Below are positions 18,315 through 29,828 of a stretch of 64,000 nt of DNA, piece after piece; position 1 is the stretch's first letter, and every line of letters begins with the position of its first letter. The notes below the pieces were generated by a model. That model did no database searches. It was not told the origin of the DNA and saw only the letters and a list, made by a program, of their open reading frames with translations. Location of the stretch: positions 14,521 through 78,520 of the forward strand of contig CACMHQ010000005.1 of NCBI GenBank assembly GCA_902613615.1, written 5' to 3'. The DNA comes from an uncultured Candidatus Actinomarina sp. Lineage in GTDB: Bacteria; Actinomycetota; Acidimicrobiia; Actinomarinales; Actinomarinaceae. A program made the position numbers and the translations under genes.

Positions 18315-19811
18315 ATGAATAATAAATTTTTAGAAACCAGAAATGTAACCAAAACTTTTGGAAAATTAAAAGCTTTAGATGACGTAAACTTTAATCTATA
18401 CCAAGGAAAAATTCATGGGTTACTTGGTGAAAATGGTGCTGGAAAATCTTCATTAATGAACATACTATCTGGAATATACCAACCAGACAAAGGTTCAATT
18501 TATCTTGATGGTGAAAAACAAAAAATTTTAAATCCCGATTTTGCTTCCAAACTTGGTATTGGAATGGTTCATCAAGAGTTTCGATTAATTGAAAGCTTTA
18601 GTATTAAAGACAATTTGACACTTTCAAAGTCAAATATTTACAAAAATGATTTCTTAAAATCTTTTAAAAAATACTCAGAAATATTTGCACTTAATGTAAA
18701 TGAAAATGAAATAATTTCAAATTTATCAGTTGGTGAAAAACAAAAAATTGAAATAATGAAACTAATTTTTAACGACAGCAGAATCATGCTACTTGATGAA
18801 CCAACAGCTGTTCTCACTCCTCAGGAAACTTCTCAACTTAAAAACTCACTCATAACTTTGGTACAAGAAGATATGAAAACGATTGTATTGATTACGCATA
18901 AATTAAAAGAGATCAAAGAATTTACTGAAATAGTATCAGTTATGAAAAATGGGAAGATGGTTGCTAAAGATTTGCCAACGAAAGATGTGACAGATAATCA
19001 ACTTATTGAACTGATGATGGGTACGGTAAAAACATCTACTGTAAACAAAGATAATGAAGTTGGAAAAATTAAATTAAATGTTGAGAATATAAACTACACA
19101 GATTCTGTTAATAAAATAAAAAAACTTGAAGACATTAATTTCCAAGTAAAGGCTGGAGAAATTATAGGTTTAGCTGGGGTGTCTGGCAATGGTCAAGTAG
19201 AGCTTGCAAATATTATTTCAGGAATCGAGAGAATATATGAAGGAAAAATAATTATTGATGATACAGATGTTTCAAGTAAAGGTGTGAGGTCCAGAAAGAA
19301 ACTAAATTTATCTTATATCCCTGAAAATAGACTCGGGGTTGGCCTTGCACCTGGTGTATCTGTCATAGATAATTCGATAGTTAAAGATTATTTTCATACA
19401 AAACTAGGTCCACATTTATCTAGAAACAAAACATCAAATTACCTTGAGAGTTTGATCAAACAATTTTCAATAAAGGCACCTAATCCAAAAGCTGAAATTT
19501 CTACATTATCTGGAGGAAACATGCAAAAATTATTAATGGGTAGAGAATTAGTTGGTGATCCTGATGTAATTATTGCCTCCCAACCAACAAGAGGTTTAGA
19601 TGTAAATGCAGTTGATGCAATTCATAACTTATTGATTGATCAAAGAAATAAGGGTTCGGCAATTTTTTTAATTTCGGAAGATCTAGATGAATTATTTAAG
19701 TTATCTCACAGATTACTGGTTATCTTTGAGGGTAAAATTGTAAAATCTTTCAACACTGTAGATGCGGATATTAATGATGTTGGTTTGGCAATGGCGGGGG
19801 TTAATGAATAA
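18315..19811 (+). CDS. ABC transporter ATP-binding protein with duplicated NBDs (nucleoside/sugar type)
   Basis: NBD1 has 'GENGAGKSS', 'LSVGEKQKIE' and 'LLDEPT'. NBD2 has 'GVSGNGQ' and 'LSGGNMQK'. Confidence 0.9.
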   Translation: MNNKFLETRNVTKTFGKLKALDDVNFNLYQGKIHGLLGENGAGKSSLMNILSGIYQPDKGSIYLDGEKQKILNPDFASKLGIGMVHQEFRLIESFSIKDNLTLSKSNIYKNDFLKSFKKYSEIFALNVNENEIISNLSVGEKQKIEIMKLIFNDSRIMLLDEPTAVLTPQETSQLKNSLITLVQEDMKTIVLITHKLKEIKEFTEIVSVMKNGKMVAKDLPTKDVTDNQLIELMMGTVKTSTVNKDNEVGKIKLNVENINYTDSVNKIKKLEDINFQVKAGEIIGLAGVSGNGQVELANIISGIERIYEGKIIIDDTDVSSKGVRSRKKLNLSYIPENRLGVGLAPGVSVIDNSIVKDYFHTKLGPHLSRNKTSNYLESLIKQFSIKAPNPKAEISTLSGGNMQKLLMGRELVGDPDVIIASQPTRGLDVNAVDAIHNLLIDQRNKGSAIFLISEDLDELFKLSHRLLVIFEGKIVKSFNTVDADINDVGLAMAGVNE

Positions 19812-20862
19812 ATATATTTTAACAAAGCGCCAAGTTGTAAATGAACTATCTACTTTTTACTCTTTTCTATTAGGTTTTTTAATTGCCCTGATGATTGGGT
19901 CAATCATTTTATTAATTCAGGATAAAAATCCATTTGATACTTTTTCGCTTATGTTTAAATTATCAATTGGAAGTGTTAACAGTCTTAGTTCATCTTTAAA
20001 TAAAGCTACACCTCTTATCCTCGCAGGTTTGGGAATAGCCATAATAAATACTGTAAAGCTTTGGAACATTGGCGCAGAAGGCCAAATTTTTATGGGCGCA
20101 ATTGCTGTAAATCTAATTTATATTAATTTTCAATTGACCAACTCAACTTCATTTATTTTTGTACTTTTGGTTTCGGCATTTATCGGAGGTGCATTTTGTA
20201 TATTAATTCCTGCTATTACAAAGGTACTATTTGGGGTTAATGAAATAATTACAACTTTATTGACAAACTATATTGTTATAGGTTTAACTATATATCTCGT
20301 AAACGGACCCTGGAAAGACCCTGGATCATTAAATTTTCCTGCTGCGGCTTATGTAGAAAAAGAAGTATATTTACCAACCATTTTTGGGAAATTAAGTTAT
20401 GGGTTTTTAATTTGTATATTATTTACTGTTTTTGCACATTACCTTAAAAATAGTTCTGTTTTTGGCTACGAAATGAGAATTGCTGGTGGATCAGAAATGA
20501 CCGCAATTTATGCAGGAATCAATGCTAAACAAAAAGCTTTTTTTGCAATGTTAATAGGTGGAGGGTTTGCAGGATTAGCTGGAGGAGTAGAATTATTAAG
20601 CCAAACCCATCGTGTTTCTACAGGTATATCACAGGGATTTGGATACACTGCCATAATTGTGGCCGCAATAACTGGGATGCGTCCAATTGGTATTTTTCTT
20701 GTTGGATCTCTGTTTGGAGCTTTATCTATTGGAGGTTCTGTAATTCAAACAATTGGTGTTAGCACATATATTGCTGATATAATTCAAGCCTCTACTCTAT
20801 TTGGTGCATTAGTTATTCAGTTTTTTTTCAATTATAAATTAAAGAGAGCTGATGATGGTTGA
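19804..20862 (+). CDS. ABC transporter permease (BMP/nucleoside system)
   Basis: Polytopic membrane protein. I prefer the ATG at 19804, which overlaps the ATPase stop, over the track start at 19762. Confidence 0.85.
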   Translation: MNKYILTKRQVVNELSTFYSFLLGFLIALMIGSIILLIQDKNPFDTFSLMFKLSIGSVNSLSSSLNKATPLILAGLGIAIINTVKLWNIGAEGQIFMGAIAVNLIYINFQLTNSTSFIFVLLVSAFIGGAFCILIPAITKVLFGVNEIITTLLTNYIVIGLTIYLVNGPWKDPGSLNFPAAAYVEKEVYLPTIFGKLSYGFLICILFTVFAHYLKNSSVFGYEMRIAGGSEMTAIYAGINAKQKAFFAMLIGGGFAGLAGGVELLSQTHRVSTGISQGFGYTAIIVAAITGMRPIGIFLVGSLFGALSIGGSVIQTIGVSTYIADIIQASTLFGALVIQFFFNYKLKRADDG

Positions 20863-21778
20863 TGTACAATTTCTTGGATTACTAAATGCAACATTACAAG
20901 CCGCAACACTCTTGTTTATTGCTTCACTTGGAGAATTAATTACTGAAAAATCAGGAATTCTTAATCTTGGAGTTGAAGGAATGATATCGATTGGAGCAGT
21001 TACAGGATTTATGACTGCAGTAAATACAAACAATATTTTTCTTGCAATAGTCGTCGGAATTCTTTCATCATCAATCTTTGCTTCTTTGCATGCAATTGTG
21101 ACAGTAATTTTAAAACAAGATCAAACAGTCTCAGGTTTGATATTAACAATACTTGGTTTAGCGGTTTCCTCTTTACTTGGAAAAAATTATGTTGGTAGGA
21201 AACTTGAAACAAAGATTGATAGTCTTTTTACTATTGAAAATCCCTCTAATGTTTTAGAAGTTTTTTTAAGTCAAAACATAATTTTTTATCTCGCAATTAT
21301 ATTTACAATTACAATTTCTTACATACTTAAGAACACAATGTTTGGTACAAGATTTCAAGCTGTTGGAGAAGACGCAAAAGCAGCTGACTCAATGGGGCTT
21401 AATGTTTCAAAAACACAATTTATTGCTACTTGTATTGGTGGTGCTTTCGCTGGACTATCGGGAGTATATTTAACATTAAGCTACGTACCATATTGGACTG
21501 ATAACATGACTGCCGGTAGAGGCTGGATAGCTTTGGCATTAGTAATTTTTGGAGGATGGAAGCCTTACAGAACAGCCTTAGGAGCACTTTTGTTTGGATT
21601 TCTTGAAGCTTTAGTCCCAAGATTGCAAACATATGGTTTTGAATTGAATCCTTACATTGTAAAAATTACCCCTTATATAATAACAATTCTTGTTTTAGTT
21701 ATGCTCACAATTTACAAAGGTGGAAAAACTGGAGCTCCCAAAAATATCGGAATCCCATTCTTTAGAGAAAATAGATAG
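20852..21778 (+). CDS. ABC transporter permease (BMP/nucleoside system)
   Basis: Polytopic membrane protein. 11-nt overlap with the preceding permease. Confidence 0.85.
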   Translation: MMVDVQFLGLLNATLQAATLLFIASLGELITEKSGILNLGVEGMISIGAVTGFMTAVNTNNIFLAIVVGILSSSIFASLHAIVTVILKQDQTVSGLILTILGLAVSSLLGKNYVGRKLETKIDSLFTIENPSNVLEVFLSQNIIFYLAIIFTITISYILKNTMFGTRFQAVGEDAKAADSMGLNVSKTQFIATCIGGAFAGLSGVYLTLSYVPYWTDNMTAGRGWIALALVIFGGWKPYRTALGALLFGFLEALVPRLQTYGFELNPYIVKITPYIITILVLVMLTIYKGGKTGAPKNIGIPFFRENR

Positions 21779-21854
21779 CTAACAGAAATTACTGTTGTAA
21801 TTTGCTATTATTAAAGGAACTTTAAACAATGCCTGTGAGTATTGAAAGGATGAA

Positions 21855-22331
21855 ATGACTATAGACAAAATTCTATATCGCCTCAGTAAAGAAATCATTG
21901 AATCAAATATTTCAAATCCTTATCTATTAGGTATTCCAAAAAGAGGCGACCTTTTAGCTCAAAGAATATCTAATAATTTATTAGGAGAAAACTTTAGACA
22001 TGACTTAGGAAAAGTGGATTACTTACCATTTAGAGATGATTTAGATAAAAACTTAGAGAAAAATATTCTTGATATATCACCAGAAAATAGAGAGGTGATA
22101 TTAATTGATGACGTTATTTATACAGGTAGAACATTAAGGGCATCTATTGAAGCAGTAATGTACTCTGGGCGACCAAAATCTATTTCACTTTTATGTCTTA
22201 TTGACCGAGGACATAGAGAACTGCCTATCACGCCTAAATTTGTTGGTAAAAATATACCGACAAATCAAGACGAGTATGTCTCTGTATTTTTGAAAGAAAT
22301 AGATAATGAAGACAAGGTCGAGGTTACATAG
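21855..22331 (+). CDS. pyrR: pyrimidine operon regulator / uracil phosphoribosyltransferase PyrR
   Basis: 'LLGIPKRGD', PRPP loop 'VILIDDVIYTGRT' and 'LIDRGHRELPI'. Confidence 0.9.
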   Translation: MTIDKILYRLSKEIIESNISNPYLLGIPKRGDLLAQRISNNLLGENFRHDLGKVDYLPFRDDLDKNLEKNILDISPENREVILIDDVIYTGRTLRASIEAVMYSGRPKSISLLCLIDRGHRELPITPKFVGKNIPTNQDEYVSVFLKEIDNEDKVEVT

Positions 22332-22333
22332 AA

Positions 22334-23212
22334 ATGAGACATCTTTTAGATTTTCAAGATGTAAATAAAAACCATTTAGAAAATCTGATTGAAAAAACCA
22401 GAAGTCTTGAATTTAAATCAGAAAATATAGACTCCTTAGCACTCTTGAAGTTTGACGAACCTTCAACAAGAACAAGGCTCTCTTTTGCAATAGCAGCAGA
22501 AAAACTTGGAATTAAAACTTTTGAATCTTCAGATGTTATATCGGCAAAACAAAAAGGAGAAATTCTTAAACATGAAATAGAGACATACATTTCTATGGGT
22601 ATTGAGATTCTAGTGTTAAGGACAAAAGAAAATAATATTGATGATTATCGAGAATTTAAAGACATTGGTGTTGTAAGTGCTGGTTTTGGAAATAAATCTC
22701 ATCCAACTCAAGCATTGATTGATATATCTACACTGTTTAGTTTGAATAAAATCAATGAAAAACTTACCCCAATAACTTATATTGGCGACGTAAAACATTC
22801 AAGAGTATTTGAATCGGGAAGACAGCTGCTAAATTTATTAGGATTCAAAGTTGGTGTCTTTACGGATAAAAATCTATTACCTGAAAATAATAATGACCTT
22901 GAAATTTATGAATCATGGGATGAGGTATTTGAAAGTTCTAATGCAATTGAACTTCTAAGAGTACAGAAAGAAAGATTACAAGATAATGAAGAAATAAACT
23001 TTGATGAATATATAAATAATTATCAACTTACACAAGAAATTTTAGGTAAATCACAAAGTGATTTGGCTGTTCTTCATCCAATGCCAATTAATATTGGTAT
23101 TGAGATTTCTAAAGATGCTATTGAAGATAGGAAAATAAAATATAAGGACCAGCTTTCACACGCTATACCTTCACGAATTGCAGCATTCAAATATGTAAGG
23201 GATGAAATATGA
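22334..23212 (+). CDS. pyrB: aspartate carbamoyltransferase catalytic subunit
   Basis: 'STRTRLSF', 'HPTQAL' and 'LHPMP' motifs. Confidence 0.9.
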   Translation: MRHLLDFQDVNKNHLENLIEKTRSLEFKSENIDSLALLKFDEPSTRTRLSFAIAAEKLGIKTFESSDVISAKQKGEILKHEIETYISMGIEILVLRTKENNIDDYREFKDIGVVSAGFGNKSHPTQALIDISTLFSLNKINEKLTPITYIGDVKHSRVFESGRQLLNLLGFKVGVFTDKNLLPENNNDLEIYESWDEVFESSNAIELLRVQKERLQDNEEINFDEYINNYQLTQEILGKSQSDLAVLHPMPINIGIEISKDAIEDRKIKYKDQLSHAIPSRIAAFKYVRDEI

Positions 23213-24264
23213 TTAAAATTCCTGGATTTATCGATCTCCATACTCACACAAGATATCCGGACAATGATAAATTTCCTTTCATCGATATCGATGATTCAGC
23301 AATTAATGGTGGCTTTTCAACAATACTCGCAATGCCAAATTCTGAAATACCTATTGACTCGATTAAAAACCTAAGAATTGCTCAGGAAATAGATAAAAAA
23401 TTAAAAACAAAGGTACATCGTGTTGGCTCATTAACAAAAAATTTAGAAGGAAAAGAGCTTGTAAATTATAAAGAATTCGTTGAAAACGGTATCACAATTT
23501 TTTCTGATGATGGAAAATCTTTGATTGATGATCATCTAGCTGATGAGGCATTTAAACAAATCAGCAAACTTGGTGGTGCAGTTTTTCAACATTGTGAAAA
23601 AAGTTGTCACTCAAAGCCTGGTGACATTGCTCCTCCAAATAGTAATAGTAACTTGATTCCAATAAATAATGATGAGGAGTTGGAAGTTCTTGAAAGAGAC
23701 TTAAGTTTATCTGAAAAATATGGGACAAGATACCATGCTCAACACCTTTCAACTTTTGAAAGTGTTGAGCTGATAAAAAAAGCAAAACAAGAAGGTCTTC
23801 CTGTCACTGCAGAAGTGACACCACATCACATACTTCTAAATAATGAAAATTTAGACACAAATAATGGACTATTTAAGATGTATCCACCCCTCAGAACTGA
23901 AAAAGACAGAGAAGGATTGGTTGATGGTTTACAGTCTGAAATCATAGATGTCATTGCTACAGATCACGCACCTCATAAAGCAGAAACTAAAAATGTGCCT
24001 TTTAAAGATGCTAATCGTGGCGTTGTTGGTCTTGAATCAGCATTTCCCTTGATTTATAGTTCAAATATTTTTGATATAGATCAAATGTTGAAATTTTTAG
24101 TTATAAATCCTACAAAAATACTCACTGAACTTGGTTACGAAATTACCAAGACAGTAAATACATGGAAGAAATCAAAGTCAGTTTTTATTACAAAATCAAA
24201 ATTCAAAAATTCATTATTTGAAAATGAAAATATAGAAATTGAAAGGGTTCTTTCAGGTGTATAA
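23209..24264 (+). CDS. pyrC: dihydroorotase (short form, 351 aa)
   Basis: Amidohydrolase metal motifs 'DLHTHTR' and 'TDHAPH'. Position is between pyrB and carA. Confidence 0.8.
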   Translation: MIKIPGFIDLHTHTRYPDNDKFPFIDIDDSAINGGFSTILAMPNSEIPIDSIKNLRIAQEIDKKLKTKVHRVGSLTKNLEGKELVNYKEFVENGITIFSDDGKSLIDDHLADEAFKQISKLGGAVFQHCEKSCHSKPGDIAPPNSNSNLIPINNDEELEVLERDLSLSEKYGTRYHAQHLSTFESVELIKKAKQEGLPVTAEVTPHHILLNNENLDTNNGLFKMYPPLRTEKDREGLVDGLQSEIIDVIATDHAPHKAETKNVPFKDANRGVVGLESAFPLIYSSNIFDIDQMLKFLVINPTKILTELGYEITKTVNTWKKSKSVFITKSKFKNSLFENENIEIERVLSGV

Positions 24265-25357
24265 AAAAGCAATGCTGTTGAATCAAAATGGTGATGAATT
24301 TCTAGGTTGGACAACTGAGTCATTTAAGCCAACAACTGGAGAACTTATTTTCAATACAGCGATGACTGGGTTTGTCGAAATATTAAGTGATCCATCATAT
24401 ATAAATCAGATTGTAACTTTTACTTCCTCACATATAGGAAATTACGGTATGTCAAAAAATGATTTTGAATCCAATAAACCAAAAATTGAAGCAGCCATTG
24501 GAAATTCTTTTACAAACTCTCCATCTTCATGGCGATCTGAGAAATCAATAACGTCATGGTTGAAAGAATATGAGATTCCATACAGTGGTGGATTTGATGT
24601 AAGAAATATAACAAAATATCTAAGAGACAATGGTTCGAGTATGTTTGCACTTGGTATAGATGTTGATACAAAAGATTTAAAAGAAATTTTATCAAAAGCA
24701 AAAAATATTCTTGGAGATAGTTCAGCAATGACTGCAGGTAACCAGAATAATGAAAACACTCCAACTGAAGGAAAGATTGGAATTATAGATCTAGGAGCTA
24801 AAAGAAGCATTATAAAAGTGCTTGAAGACCATAATTACAAAGTTGTAATGATCTCACCATCTTCAACACCAAATGAGATTTTAAAAATGAATTTAAAAGG
24901 TCTTTTAATTTCGAACGGACCAGGCGACCCAAGATCATTGGTTACAGTAATAGATACTGTTCAAAACCTTATAGGAAAACTTCCAATATTTGGAATTTGT
25001 CTTGGTCATCAAATACTTGGTTTGGCTTGTGGTCTTAAAGTTAAAAAAATGCAGTTTGGTCATCATGGCTCAAATCATCCAGTTGAAATAGAAGGAATAA
25101 AAAAAGCACTAATAACCGCACAGAACCATGGTTTCTCTATTGAGGAGTTTGGAGATGGGTTTGAGCATGAAAATTTTGGAAACATTAATGTTTTTGCAAG
25201 AAATTTAAATGATGGAACAAATGAAGGAATTAGCCTGTGGGAATCTATGGCGTACTCAGTTCAATTTCATCCAGAATCAGGACCTGGTACAACTGATGGA
25301 TTGCAAATTTTTAATCCTTTTTTTGAAATGATTGAGAAAAACTATGCCAAAAAATAA
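24257..25357 (+). CDS. carA: carbamoyl-phosphate synthase small (glutaminase) subunit
   Basis: 'GICLGHQ' catalytic Cys, 'HGSNHPV' and 'QFHPE'. The start is set at GTG 24257 ('[12 protein letters not shown]' matches the CarA N-terminus) and overlaps the pyrC stop. Confidence 0.9.
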   Translation: MYKKAMLLNQNGDEFLGWTTESFKPTTGELIFNTAMTGFVEILSDPSYINQIVTFTSSHIGNYGMSKNDFESNKPKIEAAIGNSFTNSPSSWRSEKSITSWLKEYEIPYSGGFDVRNITKYLRDNGSSMFALGIDVDTKDLKEILSKAKNILGDSSAMTAGNQNNENTPTEGKIGIIDLGAKRSIIKVLEDHNYKVVMISPSSTPNEILKMNLKGLLISNGPGDPRSLVTVIDTVQNLIGKLPIFGICLGHQILGLACGLKVKKMQFGHHGSNHPVEIEGIKKALITAQNHGFSIEEFGDGFEHENFGNINVFARNLNDGTNEGISLWESMAYSVQFHPESGPGTTDGLQIFNPFFEMIEKNYAKK

Positions 25358-28300
25358 AGAAATTAAGAGTATTTTGATAATTGGTTCGGGACCAATTGTT
25401 ATAGGTCAAGCTTGCGAGTTTGATTATTCAGGATCTCAAGCAGCTAAGGCACTTAAAAAAGAAGGGTTTCGTGTAATTCTAGTTAATTCAAATCCAGCAA
25501 CTATTATGACAGATCCAGAAATGGCACATGCCACATACATCGAGCCTTTAACTCACGACTACCTAAAAAAAATAATAGAAATAGAAAAGCCTGATGCTGT
25601 TTTACCAACATTAGGAGGACAAACTGCACTTAACTTATCGATTGAATTAGAAAAAAGTGGTGTTTTAAAAGAAAATAATGTGGAACTTCTTGGAGCCTCG
25701 GCCAATGCTATTGAGATTGCAGAAAACAGATGGAAATTTAAAGAAGCTATGGATGGAGTAGGTATTAAAACACTTAAGGCAACTTATGCTAAGTCTTTTG
25801 ATGAGGGAATAAACGCTAGTAAAGAAATTGGTTTTCCATTAATGCTAAGACCATCATTTATTCTTGGTGGTGGTGGAACAAGTGTAGTCAATAATGAAGA
25901 AGACTTTAAATCAAAATTATCTGACGCGTTTAATGCATCTCCTACTCAAGAAGTCTTAATTGAAGAATCAATTTATGGATGGAAAGAATTCGAACTCGAA
26001 GTAATGAGAGATAGTGATGGTAATGGTGTAATTGTTTGCGGAATAGAAAATTTTGATCCCATGGGCGTCCATACTGGAGACTCAATAACAGTTGCTCCTA
26101 TTCAAACATTATCTGATAAAGAATATCAAACTATGAGGGATGAGGCACTACTTTGTTTGGATACTATTGGAATAGCAACTGGTGGTAGCAATGTACAATT
26201 TGCTATAAACCCTGAAAATGGTGATAGAAGAATTATTGAGATGAATCCGAGGGTCTCAAGGTCCTCTGCTTTAGCTTCAAAAGCAACTGGATTTCCTATT
26301 GCCAAGTTTGCTGCTCTGTTAGCGGTAGGTTACAACTTAACTGAACTTGAAAATGACATAACTGGAACAACACCTGCTAGTTTTGAACCCGTCCAAGATT
26401 ATGTTGTGGTTAAAATTCCTAGATTTGATTTTCCAAAATTTCCATCAACAGATGACATATTAGGCACATCAATGCAGAGTGTGGGTGAAGTTATGTCAAT
26501 AGCTTCTACTTTTACAGAAAGCTTAACTAAAGCTATTAGGTCCCTTGAAATTGGTAAATCAGGAATAAGAAATATAGACAATAGGTTTATAGGAATGCCA
26601 AAAGAAATTTTACAAGATGAAATCAGGACACCTAGACCTAGAAGAATATTTGCAATCCTTGAGGCAATTAGAAGAAACTGGCCACTTGAAGACATTGCAA
26701 AAATATCTTCTGTAGATATATGGTTTTTACAAGAAATTGAAAAAAGTTTTAATGTTAACCCTGAAAATACTCCATCCTCTGTTCTCAAAATGCTTGGATG
26801 GACGGAAGAAGATCTTGATAATAAAGAGTCTAAAAATGAATTGGAGAGTAATAGAGTTTATAAGTTAGTTGATACATGTTCTGCGGAGTTCGAGTCCAAA
26901 ACACCTTACTTGTATTCAACAAATGGTGTGAGTAACGACGATACAACTACCAACAAAAAGAAGGTTGTAGTTATTGGATCGGGTCCAAATAGAATTGGCC
27001 AAGGAATTGAGTTTGATTATTGTTGTGTTCATGGAATCAGTTCATTAAAAGAAAATGGATTTGAAGCAATAATGATAAACTCAAATCCGGAAACGGTTTC
27101 TACAGATTACGATACTGCAGATAAACTATATTTCGAGCCTCTTACATGGAGAGAAGTAAAATCTGTACTAAATAGAGAGCAGCCTGATTCGGTAATAATT
27201 CAACTTGGAGGTCAAACTCCATTAAAACTTGCAAAAAATATATCCAAAGAAGGTTTTAATATTGCTGGGTCATCATTAGATGTAATTGACAAAACAGAAG
27301 ATAGAGACCTATTTCAAAAACTATGTTTGGATCAGAATATTCGACAACCAGAATCTAGAATTGCAAAAAATGAGAACGAGCTAGTTGAAGCTGTAAAAGA
27401 AATAGGTTTTCCAGTCTTGTTACGGCCTAGTTATGTATTAGGTGGAAGAGCCATGAGGGTTGTTCAAACTGATGAAGAACTTGAAAATTATTTGGATATA
27501 TTAGCGAGTGCAGATGAAGATGGTAATCCATTTAAATCTGGTCCTCTTTTGGTTGATCAATTTTTAACTGAGACTATTGAGATTGATGTTGACTTAATTT
27601 CTGATGGAAAAGAGGTTTATATAGCTGGAATTTTAGAACATCTTGAGCCTGCTGGAGTACATAGTGGTGATTCTACAGCAGTCATTCCTCCTTATAGTGT
27701 TAGTGAGGAAATGTTGAGAGAAATAGAGGAAAAAAGTAAAAAGCTTGCTTTAGGTCTAAATGTAAAGGGACTTCTAAATATACAATTTGCCATTAAAGAT
27801 GAAGAATTATTCATATTAGAAGCGAACCCTAGAGCATCAAGAACAATGCCATTCGTTGCAAAAGTAACGGGAAATCAAATTATTAAAGCTGGAACATTAT
27901 TAATGCTTGGTTATTCAATTGATGAAGTTAGAAATAAGACTAAATACTTCAGTAGCTCATCAAATAAAGTAGCAATTAAAAAGGCTATATTTCCATGGTC
28001 TAGATTTCCAGCTGAAGACACTATGTTAGGACCTGAAATGAAAGCAACTGGTGAAGTTTTAGGGGTTGGAAAAGAGTTTGGTACTGCATTAAATAAAGCA
28101 TATGCAGCTGCAGGTGTAGAAATTAATAATAAAGAGAAAGGGATTTTTGTAACTTTAAGTGACAGCGAAAAGCCAAATTTTATTAAGACAGTAAATAAAT
28201 ATCTTGAACTTGGCTTCACAGTTTACTCAACTGAAGGAACCGGAAAATTTCTTAAAACTAATGGTATTGATTCAGTAATAGTTGGTAAAGCTGATGACTT

Positions 28301-28526
28301 AGGACAAACTTCGTTAACAATAATTAAGGATAAATTAGTTTCTTTAGTAATCAATACACCAACATATGCAAATGAATTGTCAGACGGTTGGAAAATTAGA
28401 CGTTTATCACATGAAACTGGAGTGGCGGTTGTTTCGTCTGTAAGAGAAGCTGATGCATTTATTGAAGCATTTCTAAATCAGAACTTAGTGTTAGATGATC
28501 TGGAGGTTATACAAGATGTCAGTTAA
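25344..28526 (+). CDS. carB: carbamoyl-phosphate synthase large subunit
   Basis: About 1060 aa with duplicated ATP-grasp halves ('[13 protein letters not shown]' / '[12 protein letters not shown]') and a C-terminal MGS-like domain. The ATG at 25344 overlaps the carA stop. Confidence 0.95.
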   Translation: MPKNKEIKSILIIGSGPIVIGQACEFDYSGSQAAKALKKEGFRVILVNSNPATIMTDPEMAHATYIEPLTHDYLKKIIEIEKPDAVLPTLGGQTALNLSIELEKSGVLKENNVELLGASANAIEIAENRWKFKEAMDGVGIKTLKATYAKSFDEGINASKEIGFPLMLRPSFILGGGGTSVVNNEEDFKSKLSDAFNASPTQEVLIEESIYGWKEFELEVMRDSDGNGVIVCGIENFDPMGVHTGDSITVAPIQTLSDKEYQTMRDEALLCLDTIGIATGGSNVQFAINPENGDRRIIEMNPRVSRSSALASKATGFPIAKFAALLAVGYNLTELENDITGTTPASFEPVQDYVVVKIPRFDFPKFPSTDDILGTSMQSVGEVMSIASTFTESLTKAIRSLEIGKSGIRNIDNRFIGMPKEILQDEIRTPRPRRIFAILEAIRRNWPLEDIAKISSVDIWFLQEIEKSFNVNPENTPSSVLKMLGWTEEDLDNKESKNELESNRVYKLVDTCSAEFESKTPYLYSTNGVSNDDTTTNKKKVVVIGSGPNRIGQGIEFDYCCVHGISSLKENGFEAIMINSNPETVSTDYDTADKLYFEPLTWREVKSVLNREQPDSVIIQLGGQTPLKLAKNISKEGFNIAGSSLDVIDKTEDRDLFQKLCLDQNIRQPESRIAKNENELVEAVKEIGFPVLLRPSYVLGGRAMRVVQTDEELENYLDILASADEDGNPFKSGPLLVDQFLTETIEIDVDLISDGKEVYIAGILEHLEPAGVHSGDSTAVIPPYSVSEEMLREIEEKSKKLALGLNVKGLLNIQFAIKDEELFILEANPRASRTMPFVAKVTGNQIIKAGTLLMLGYSIDEVRNKTKYFSSSSNKVAIKKAIFPWSRFPAEDTMLGPEMKATGEVLGVGKEFGTALNKAYAAAGVEINNKEKGIFVTLSDSEKPNFIKTVNKYLELGFTVYSTEGTGKFLKTNGIDSVIVGKADDLGQTSLTIIKDKLVSLVINTPTYANELSDGWKIRRLSHETGVAVVSSVREADAFIEAFLNQNLVLDDLEVIQDVS

Positions 28527-29154
28527 ACCAATTTTCTTTGCGCTCGATGGTAAGTCCCTAAAAGAATTTAAAGAACAATTAGATGTCTTAAAGGATCATA
28601 TTTATGGGGTAAAAGTTGGATTAGAACTTTTTACTTCCGAAGGCCCTTCATGTATTGAACAACTTAAGAATGATGGGTGGGTTGTTTTCTTAGATTTGAA
28701 ACTACATGACATCCCAAACACTGTAGGTGAAACTGCTGCTTCAGTTTCAAATATTGGAGCAGACTATTTAACTTTACATATAGCATCTGGGAAAGAAGCA
28801 TTATCAGAAGCTATGGATAAAAAAAGTAAAGATTTAAATATTCTTGGAGTCAGTAGTGCTTTAACAAGTAAATCAATTGATTCAAATACAAGCAAGATTG
28901 TTAAAGATGAGTTTCAAATAGCTAAAGACTCAAATTTAGAAGGCGTTATTTGCCCAGCATCTGAAATTGCTAATACAACAAATTTATTTGATCTAATTGT
29001 TACACCAGGAATTAGATTAGAAAATGATTTACATGGAGATCAAAAAAACATAACTACTCCTAAAAAGGCTATCGAGCTTGGAGCAAAATATATTGTTATG
29101 GGACGATCAATTAAAAATAATCCTTCAATGGTAATAAATGAATTAGAAGTATGA
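28516..29154 (+). CDS. pyrF: orotidine 5'-phosphate decarboxylase
   Basis: 'IFFALD', 'VKVGLELF', '[12 protein letters not shown]' and 'IVMGRSI'. The ATG at 28516 overlaps the carB stop. Confidence 0.85.
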   Translation: MSVKPIFFALDGKSLKEFKEQLDVLKDHIYGVKVGLELFTSEGPSCIEQLKNDGWVVFLDLKLHDIPNTVGETAASVSNIGADYLTLHIASGKEALSEAMDKKSKDLNILGVSSALTSKSIDSNTSKIVKDEFQIAKDSNLEGVICPASEIANTTNLFDLIVTPGIRLENDLHGDQKNITTPKKAIELGAKYIVMGRSIKNNPSMVINELEV

Positions 29155-29828
29155 ATAAATTTATTGCAGCACCTTTTGGAAACTACATAAAGACTAAAAA
29201 CACTATTTCAGTATCTGGTAGTTGGACCGTTGAAAAAAGAACAGGTCGAATTGTTCAAATAGTTAAAACTTTACGATATACAAAACGTGGATGGGTTAAC
29301 AAAATTGGTTTAAGAAATCCTGGTTTAACAATTGGACTTCCTAAACATAAGACTGGTGAAGTCTTTTCAATTGCAGGAATAGAAAAAGATGACTGGAGAT
29401 TATTTGCGGAAAAAATACCAAATGATTTCAATATTGAAGTCAATATGTCATGTCCAAATATAGACGCACATTACATTGATGGAATTGAAGATTTTGAGCC
29501 AGATACAAGAAACTGGTACATAGGAAAAATTTCGCCACTTACTACTTTTCAGGAATTGGATGAGTACATCAACAAATTTAGATTCAAACAGATTCATGCA
29601 TGCAATACATTGCCAATAGATAAAGGAGGGCTAAGTGGTAAAGAGTTGATCCCATATACTTCAAAGTTTGTTAAACACATTAAAGATTCTTATCCTGATA
29701 TTGAAGTTATTGCAGGTGGAGGTATTGATTCTCTAGAAGATATAGAGTACTACAAAAATATTGGTGCCGATCATATTAGTTTGGGTACTGTTTGTTTCAA
29801 TCCACTAAAATTAAGGAAGTTAATATGA
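29151..29828 (+). CDS. pyrD: dihydroorotate dehydrogenase-like protein, unusually short (225 aa), class 1-type Cys base
   Basis: Core DHODH motifs appear in the right order: 'NKIGLRNPG', 'FSIAG', 'EVNMSCPN', 'IGKISP', 'ACNT', 'GGLSG', 'VIAGGGI' and 'ISLGT'. It is about 85 aa shorter than usual. There is no pyrK nearby. Confidence 0.65.
   Translation: MNKFIAAPFGNYIKTKNTISVSGSWTVEKRTGRIVQIVKTLRYTKRGWVNKIGLRNPGLTIGLPKHKTGEVFSIAGIEKDDWRLFAEKIPNDFNIEVNMSCPNIDAHYIDGIEDFEPDTRNWYIGKISPLTTFQELDEYINKFRFKQIHACNTLPIDKGGLSGKELIPYTSKFVKHIKDSYPDIEVIAGGGIDSLEDIEYYKNIGADHISLGTVCFNPLKLRKLI

Noticed and set aside
21779-21854. A PyrR-binding attenuator or anti-terminator in the pyr operon leader
   Set aside because: It is expected from Bacillus and Mycobacterium biology. 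I could not find the PyrR binding-loop consensus (A-R-U-C-C-A-G-A-G-A-G-G-Y-U type) or a convincing terminator hairpin by eye. Only a 4-bp stem is present.
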